The translations under genes were made by a program, and so were the position numbers. A DNA stretch of 64,000 nt from Octopus vulgaris (lineage: Eukaryota), in assembly GCA_951406725.2 (NCBI GenBank), contig OX597821.1:70928001-70992000 (forward strand), read 5' to 3'. The notes below the pieces were generated by a model, which was given only the letters and a program-made list of their open reading frames with translations, searched no databases and was not told the origin of the DNA. Of the stretch, positions 56,057 through 64,000 are shown one piece after another; the stretch's first letter is position 1; each line of letters begins with the position of its first letter.

Positions 56057-56168
56057 GTGTGCGTGTAGAGTGTGCGTGTAGTATGTGCGTGTAGCGTGTG
56101 CGTGTAGCGTGTGCGTGTAGCGTGTGCGTGTAGCGTGTGCGTGTAGCGTGTGCGTGTAGCGTGTGCGT
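56057..56168. repeat. 13-bp minisatellite (gtgtgcgtgtagc), ~8 copies
   Basis: Direct reading. Confidence 0.9.
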
Positions 56169-56497
56169 GTGCTTGTGTATGTGAATACGTATATGTGTGT
56201 GTGTTTACGTAAATGCATAGATATGGATTTACGCGCGCGTGTGTGTTACGTGAGTGACTGTGTCTATACGTAAATATGTGTATGTGTGTGGTGTGTGTGT
56301 GTGTATGTGTATGTGGGTGTGGGTGTGAGTGGATGTGTGTGTGAGGCAGACACATAATGAAAGGTTTCTTCCCAGTTATGTCGATCTTGTCCAGCTTTAG
56401 TTTTTCTTTTACATTTTTCGGAAATAAAATGTTTCGCCTTCTATTGTCTTGTGATTTCATGAAGACTCGACTGCTCTTTCTAACAGCAACACAAGAC

Positions 56498-56560
56498 AAT
56501 CATGCGCAAACTTCGGCCCTGTAGCCGCATGCAACCCGTTAGCATCCTGAATGCCACACC
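56498..56560 (+). mobile_element. Possible hAT/Charlie-type terminal fragment
   Basis: gcgcaaacttcggccctgtagccgcatgcaaccc resembles the recalled CAAACT.CGGCCCGCGGGCCGCATGCGGCCC ends; no partner TIR found. Confidence 0.35.
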
Positions 56561-56846
56561 TAATTTATATATATATATATTAATACACATAATACACCTT
56601 TTGGAAAGAAAAGTAGACATTTTTATTTAAGAAATATTAACGTACACTATATAAGTAATGATTGTTAAATATGAATTTCTAATTTTTCATTTGTTAATGA
56701 TAATTTAGATACGTACATTTATTTAATTATTATTTTTTTATAATTATTATATTTGAACGTAAATTGTAAAATATTAGTCACATTGTGATTTAGATTGTAA
56801 AAATGTTTTAGTATAGATTTCTTATTATATTTCTAGTACTATTAAT

Positions 56847-56917
<71 letters not shown>

Positions 56918-56922
56918 TAATA

Positions 56923-56997
<75 letters not shown>

Positions 56998-57602
56998 GTA
57001 AGTACATTTTTCGAAAATAATTTTATAAACGATAAGTTATACGTTTTTTACTTTGGAATTTTTCATTTCTTATTTTTTATTTCATAAATATTTTCGGAAT
57101 GATATCTATAATATTTATTTAAATAATAATGGAGTTATTTATTTAAGTAATAATGGAGTAATTTATTTATGTATTTATATGTTTATTGATTGAAAATATA
57201 TTGATTTTATTTACTATATTTGTTGATTATAATTTAGATACGCACTTTTATATAATTTTATTATTTTATAATTATTATATGCGAACTAAAATCTAAAAAT
57301 ATTAAGAGTGATTGTTTTGTAAAATAGTTTGGTAATTAAATATTAGAGTATAGCTAGGTTAAAGATATTCTATAGTTTATTAATGTTTTTAAGCTAAATT
57401 ATATCTTCATAGATAAATACATTTTTCTATCTATTTACTCTATTTTTTACCTTAAATATTTAACAAGATAAATGTATTGTAGGCAACTGGTCCTAATGTT
57501 TTAAGTTTCAAATTTAATTAATGGAGTTTCTTCTATAAGAAAAATCATGATATTGTTTAATTCTATTTGCTTATTTATTTAACTATTATTGTTATTATTG
57601 TT

Positions 57603-57704
57603 AACCTGAAGAGTGACTATAATTTCAAATTGAATTGTTTTTCGATTAAATTTAAATTTAACTGTATTTCGAATTTAAATTATAGCCATGAAACGTACGT
57701 AGTT
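57603..57704 (+). ncRNA. Type-I hammerhead ribozyme with a very long AT-rich stem II
   Basis: aac-CTGAAGA-[77 nt: gtgactataattt...aaattatagccat]-GAAAC-gtac-GTA-gtt; palindromic stem III ACGTACGT; lies in an AT-rich PLE-like tract 56600-57900. Confidence 0.78.
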
Positions 57705-57939
57705 TTTTTACTTATTATATATTGTTTATTCATTTTTGTACTTTTTATGATCTAGTTATATGTTTTTAAAAAATATATTCTATTTTTTATTTTTTACTTA
57801 TGATTTGGTTTATGTCTATCATTGTTTGAATTGCGTAATAGTGGTTTTTCTCTAATTCATATATTATATATTTATATTGTGAAATTTGATTTTATACTAA
57901 ACTGAAATTTTCCCTGTAATTTTGAGTTATACTCCCTAA

Positions 57940-57990
<51 letters not shown>

Positions 57991-58007
57991 CATTATTATT
58001 ATTATTA

Positions 58008-58073
<66 letters not shown>

Positions 58074-58074
58074 G

Positions 58075-58270
58075 GACTCAAATTTTGGCACAAAGCTAGC
58101 AAGTTTGGGAGAGAGCTTAAGTTGATGAAATAGGCCCCAGTAATAACCTAGTACATATTTTATCGATGAAAGGTAAAGTGGACTTTGGTGGAACTTGAAC
58201 TCAGAGCGTAAAGACGAACAAAATGCCGCTGAGCATTTTGCCCGGCATGCTAATGATTCTGCCAGGTTGA
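58075..58270 (-). mobile_element. SINE family B
   Basis: tcaaattttggcacaaag...gaactcagagcgtaaagac...aatgccgctgagcattttgcccggc..gctaa. Confidence 0.8.
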
Positions 58271-58298
58271 TAGATACACACACACACACATATATCTT

Positions 58299-58363
<65 letters not shown>

Positions 58364-58428
58364 AATAAAATAAGACAACAAAGGCAAGGCAGTGTGAAAT
58401 TCCTAGGACATTTTTGAAGAGAAAGGTT

Positions 58429-58476
58429 GTCTTACAGCTGTTTCAGAGATATGAGGGTTATCCCTTCATCAGAGAC
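58429..58476 (-). ncRNA. Type-I hammerhead ribozyme (left arm)
   Basis: gtct-CTGATGA-agggataa ccctc atatctct-GAAAC-agct-GTA-agac. Confidence 0.85.
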
Positions 58477-58681
58477 GATACGGGAGAGTTAAATAGAAGG
58501 AAATACAAGATTTCAATATAAGAAGTTATTTTGGAAATGGAGATTTATAGGAACTAACATCCAACATATATTTTTACTTTTTTTCTCTTATTTCCTTTTA
58601 TACTTCCTATATCTCTCCATTTCCAAAATAACTTCTTATATTGGACTCTTCCATTTCCTCCTATTTAACTCTCTCATATCA

Positions 58682-58727
58682 TCTCTGATGAAGGGATATC
58701 CCTCATATCCCTGAAACAGCTGTAAGA
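58682..58727 (+). ncRNA. Type-I hammerhead ribozyme (right arm)
   Basis: tct-CTGATGA-agggatat ccctc atatccct-GAAAC-agct-GTA-aga; perfect 8-bp stem II, palindromic ACAGCTGT. Confidence 0.9.
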
Positions 58728-58949
58728 CTATCTTACTCTTTAGAAATATACTAGAAATTTTCACACTGCCTTGGCTTCGTTGTCTCTTTTCATTCAACAT
58801 ATACACGCTCACACACGACCTGCGTTAGACTCTTCACTCGTACTATTATCAAACCAAGAGTTTAACTACAGTCCTTCCGTAGCACTTATATAGCCTTACC
58901 TGCCATTTTGGGTCTCCTGGATACCGAAAACTATATATATCCACACGCG

Positions 58950-59058
<109 letters not shown>

Positions 59059-59085
59059 TGTATGTATGTATATAAACACAATATA

Positions 59086-60629
59086 CAGTGGGGGAAAATA
59101 AATATTCGTACATGTCAAAATTCTAATGAACATAAATGGGATATATCAAGACTATATTTGCATACAGATGCATAAACTAAAATTATGCAAAAGAAACTAA
59201 TAAATTATAGTAACTAAGGAATTTATATTCAATTATAAATCTTTAGGGGTGAAAAAAGTATTCGTACAGAACATACATAACTGATAATTCTGATTTAATA
59301 CTTCGTAGCATAACCATTATTCAGTTCCACTTCAACCAATCTCTTTTGTAGTTCTTAATCAATGACTCGCATGTTTCTTTAGGAATTTTTTCCCATTCTT
59401 CTTGACAAATTTTCTTCAAATCTACAATGCACGTTGGGGCTCTTGAATTTTAATTTTCAAATAATGTCACAAATTTTCAATGGGGTTCAAGTCAAGTGAC
59501 TGGCTTGACCATTCTAATAATTTTATATTGTGATCGATAATCCATTTTTTGGTAGACTTCGCCGTGTGCTTAGGATCGTTATCCTGTTGTAAAACCCACC
59601 CTTCACACAGCTGGAGCTTTTCTACAGAGTCCAATAAATCATTGTTCAAAATATTTTGGTATATCTCTGCATTCATTCTACCATCTATCACATGTAAATT
59701 GCCAGTACCATTTGCAGAGAAACACACCCGCACCATGATGTTGCCACCTCCAAACTTTACGGTAGGAATTGCGTTTTTCGGCGAATACCATCTTTCCTCC
59801 GAACATGGCTCCAAACAATTCAATTTTCGACTCGTCTGTCCATAGAACATTTTCTCAGAATGTATTAGATTTATCTTTATGTTCATAAACAAATTTTAAA
59901 CGGGCATCTCTATGCCTTTTAGTCAACAGCGGAGTTTTTCTAGGAGAGCGTGATTTCAGTTCATTCCTATGAAGTTCATTGCTAATTGTTCGTAGTGTAA
60001 CACTAATCCCTGAAGCTAACAAATCTTCTTGCAACTCCTTTCTGGTGATCATTGCGTTTTTTCCGATTCTTCGCTTCGTTTTTCTTAAAGATCTAGGGGA
60101 AATCTTGCGTAGTGCACCGGATCTTATTCTGTTTTCAGCAGTTCCCGATTTTTATATCTGTGAATAAATGAACATATGGTAGAAAATGGAATACTGATAT
60201 TTTCCTGTAACTTTTACCTGCTTTCCACTGTTCAATAATTAAGTTTTTCACTGAATTTATGAGTTCTTTACTTTTCGCCATTATTACGATACTACTTTAT
60301 GCTGTCTCAAAGCTGAATGAAGAAGCTAGCGTTTTGACACTTAAAAATGACAACTGGAACAAACGAGAAAGTTCTAGTAAAAAAAAAATTACTTTAACAG
60401 TATTTGGGGGCATAGAAAATCATAAATTTATTCTGTACAAATACCTTTTTCACCCCTAAATATTTATAATTGTATATAAATTCCTTAGTTACTATAATTT
60501 ATTAGTGACTTTTGCATATTCTTAGTTTATGCATGTGTATGCAAATATAGTATTGGTATATCCCATTTATGTTCATTAGAAATTAAATGAAGAATTTTGA
60601 CATGTGCGAATATTTATTTCCCCCCACTG
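59086..60629 (-). mobile_element. Full-length Tc1-like IR/DR transposon (1544 bp)
   Basis: TA-flanked ~190-bp TIRs cagtgggggaaaataaatattcgtaca / tgtgcgaatatttatttccccccactg, each with an inner direct repeat (aaaagtattcgtaca). Confidence 0.96.
59295..60281 (-). pseudogene. Tc1 DD34E transposase pseudogene
   Basis: MAKSKEL...; [18 protein letters not shown]; [12 protein letters not shown]; QQDNDPKH...DLNPIENL with 34 residues between D and E; ends GYATKY*; frameshifts and stops present. Confidence 0.95.
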
Positions 60630-61400
60630 TATGTTAAATGCAATATTTATCTCTCACCAGGTGGAGTACTCTTTTATTGATCTTACCATCAAGGAACAAT
60701 ACGCTATATCGAAATACACAGACACATACACACATGCATATATATATACATATACATACATATATGTATATATATATATGATCGCCTTGTGCGGTGTAAC
60801 GAGAATGAGGGAAAGACATTACACCTACAAGTGAATAAGTGTTCATATATATCTGTGTACGCGTGTCCGTGTGTGTATATGTTTTCATATATACCTAAAC
60901 TACCTGTAAATACCTCTATCTTCCTCTCTTTCTCTTTCTCTCACTCTCTCTCACTCTCTCTCTCTCTCTCTCATACACATGCACACACACACACACACAC
61001 ACATATGCCCACAATCCCAAACTTGCTTTCTACAATCATGCCGTGTCTACACAATCAATCGCCCAAGGCTCTTCCCTGACGTATCTTGGACGTTTGTCCA
61101 ACACTTTCGTCTAATCAGAAAGACGCAACAATACATACTCACGTATACATGCACACACACACAAGCACACGCATATACGCATATATTTGTGTGTGTGTGT
61201 GTTATGTGCGTGTTCATATGCATACGTAACTGAGACCAAAGTCAAAACACATGTAATGTCCAGTGGTCACTGAAGCAAATTTTTGCTGCATCTTTCGATT
61301 CACTGAACTGTACAGACGCCCTGGTCACTTCAAAACAAATATGTGTACATATACCTGTGTGTGTGAAGTATGTTTATATACGTGTATATACGCATATATA

Positions 61401-61475
<75 letters not shown>

Positions 61476-62366
61476 GCATGTATATATGTATGTATGTACG
61501 TACGTACGTATGTATGTATGTATGTATGTATGTATGTATGTATGTATGTATGTATGTATGTATGTATGCATGCATGCATGCATGCATGTATGTATGTGTG
61601 TATGTATGTATGTATGTATGTATGTATGTATGTATGTATGTATGTATGTATGTATGTATGTATGTATGTATGTATGTATGTATGTATGTATGTATGTATG
61701 TATGTATGTAGGTGCACACTCACACACACACGCAGATGATATATCATGAAAGGAAACATATAAATGTATTTGGATCCCTATATAAATGCTGGTTTCTCGG
61801 TAATAGATAAGATCAAAACGTTTTCGATGCCGAGAGTTCGCAAAGTATTTGGTGACTGCGTAACACAAAATAGACCGAGCGAACGCAAGGCGTGCACTGG
61901 TTCCTTAACAAACTCTACAAATCGTCTAAAAAGCAGCTCCGCGCCAGTATTTTCTCTGCTAGCAAAGTAATTATATTTGTAGCGTGAAAAATAGTTGGAG
62001 GGTGGCGAGTGGGGCAAACATGTAGGAATCACCTCAATGGGTAAATAACATAAGAGAAGAAAAGGAAAATACGGGGAAACAGTAATGAAATGAGAGAGGG
62101 GGAGGGAGAAAGGTGTCAGGCAGAGTTAGTGGTCGAAGCGTAAAGATGTATGCAAATATATGCGTATAGCTTTGTATATGTATTTGTCTTTGTGTGTATA
62201 TATTCGCTGCGATTATGGTATGTGACTGAGTCTTTGTATTTGTATAAACGTGTATGAATGAGTATATAACAGGCGAGTGAATGATTGTATACACATCAGT
62301 ATAATATCAATATATTTATACATTGATAAATACACACACACATACACCCCACGCACATATACAAAT

Positions 62367-62856
<490 letters not shown>

Positions 62857-64000
62857 TGTATATATATATATATATATATACATACATATATATACACACA
62901 CATGCACATAGGCAAATACAGAAAGGTGCGTAAATATATTCATGCATATATACCTTACGTGTGTCAGTAATTATTTAGACGTGCGTATGTATATATATAT
63001 GTGTGTGTGTGTACAATATGCATATATATTTACATGCGTAGGCGTGCATACAGGTGTGTCATATATGTATGTATGTATATATGTGTATGTGTGGATATGA
63101 AACCGAGAGACCGTAAAATATGTTTGTAAAACTGCATGAATATAAGCCAAACTCCTTACATCTACCCGTTGTATGAATGTTGAATATAAACTTTCACCTG
63201 CTTCAATCCTTGTTGTCTTTGGCACTACTTCTACCCCTCATAATGAGAGGGATGAGGAGAGCGACAACGATGACGATGAGGAAGAACAGAAAGAGGAAAC
63301 GGAAATGAGTATAACAACGAGAAAGACGGTGATTATGATGATGATGATGATAATGGTGGCAATGTCTATGAATTTTATACAAATACATGCAATGGATGAG
63401 AAATACGCACTCGAAGTAATTAAGTCAGAAACTCACAATGCTACATGTATATGTGCGTGCGTGTGTGTGTGTGCGTGCGTGCGCGTGTCTGTTTGTAATT
63501 GTATATATGTGAATGTGTGTGTGTGTATTGATAGATAAGTTCCTTTATTGGCCACACAGGGCTGCATACAGATGTGACAAGTTACAAGGTAGAGCTTTTC
63601 TTTTAGGGGAAAAAAAAGGTGGCGTAGGTTTTCGATCAAAAGGGATCGTAAAAGGGAAATAAAAACAAAAAAAAGAAATAAAGAAAAAAAAAGGAAAAGA
63701 AAAATAGAAAAAAAAAATAAATAAAGACAAAAAAGAAAAAAGGGAAAAATAGAAAAGAAAAATGAAAAAAGAAGAAAAAAGAGGAAAAAAGGCGTGTATT
63801 GATAGATTGATTGATGGATGGATAGATAGATACAAAAAAAGAATGTGAACAGAATGATGTAGTTCTTGATCAAATTATGCAACGCGCGTTTCAAGAGCCT
63901 GCCAGTTATTCGTTCGTAATGTATTACATAATATGAAGATACAAATATGAATTACATAACCACATGCAATTCATATTTGTAACTTCATACTATCTAATAT

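Larger units (their letters stand above)
58359..58799. repeat. Fold-back inverted repeat (~195-bp diverged arms) with an HHR in each arm
   Basis: Arms 58359-58553 and 58604-58799. Confidence 0.93.

Noticed and set aside
57000-57870. Possible mitochondrial insertion (very AT-rich)
   Set aside because: No recognisable mitochondrial gene, tRNA or rRNA motif; it contains a PLE-type hammerhead instead
63173-63538. 121-aa ORF with an acidic stretch
   Set aside because: Built from GAN/ATG trinucleotide runs and (TG)n; no splice or homology support

Overview
Eukaryotic, AT-rich DNA saturated with microsatellites and transposons, with no recognisable host protein-coding exon, rRNA, tRNA gene or CRISPR. 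The tRNA-derived SINE families and the extreme (TA)n/(CA)n/(TAA)n load point to an octopod cephalopod (Octopus-like) intergenic or intronic region; this is inference from recalled repeat consensus, not a database result. Almost every ORF in the supplied track is a translation of simple repeats. Real coding relics are all transposon-derived: a full-length Tc1 IR/DR element (DD34E), a maT (DD37D) element, a mariner derivative, a Tc1-type MITE, Penelope-like (PLE) RT and GIY-YIG fragments, and relics of CR1/L2-group, Hero, RTE-like, L1/Tx1 and R4/Dong-like LINEs. The most notable signal is a dispersed set of about a dozen minimal type-I hammerhead-ribozyme (HHR) cores (CTGANGA...GAAA...NUH). They lie in short PLE-type modules, mostly embedded in microsatellites. 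Several form long fold-back inverted repeats, two have very long stem II helices, and one tandem pair has an atypical insertion and sits just downstream of a CCAAT/E-box/TATA/Inr-like promoter. All structures were paired by eye; no folding or homology search was run.
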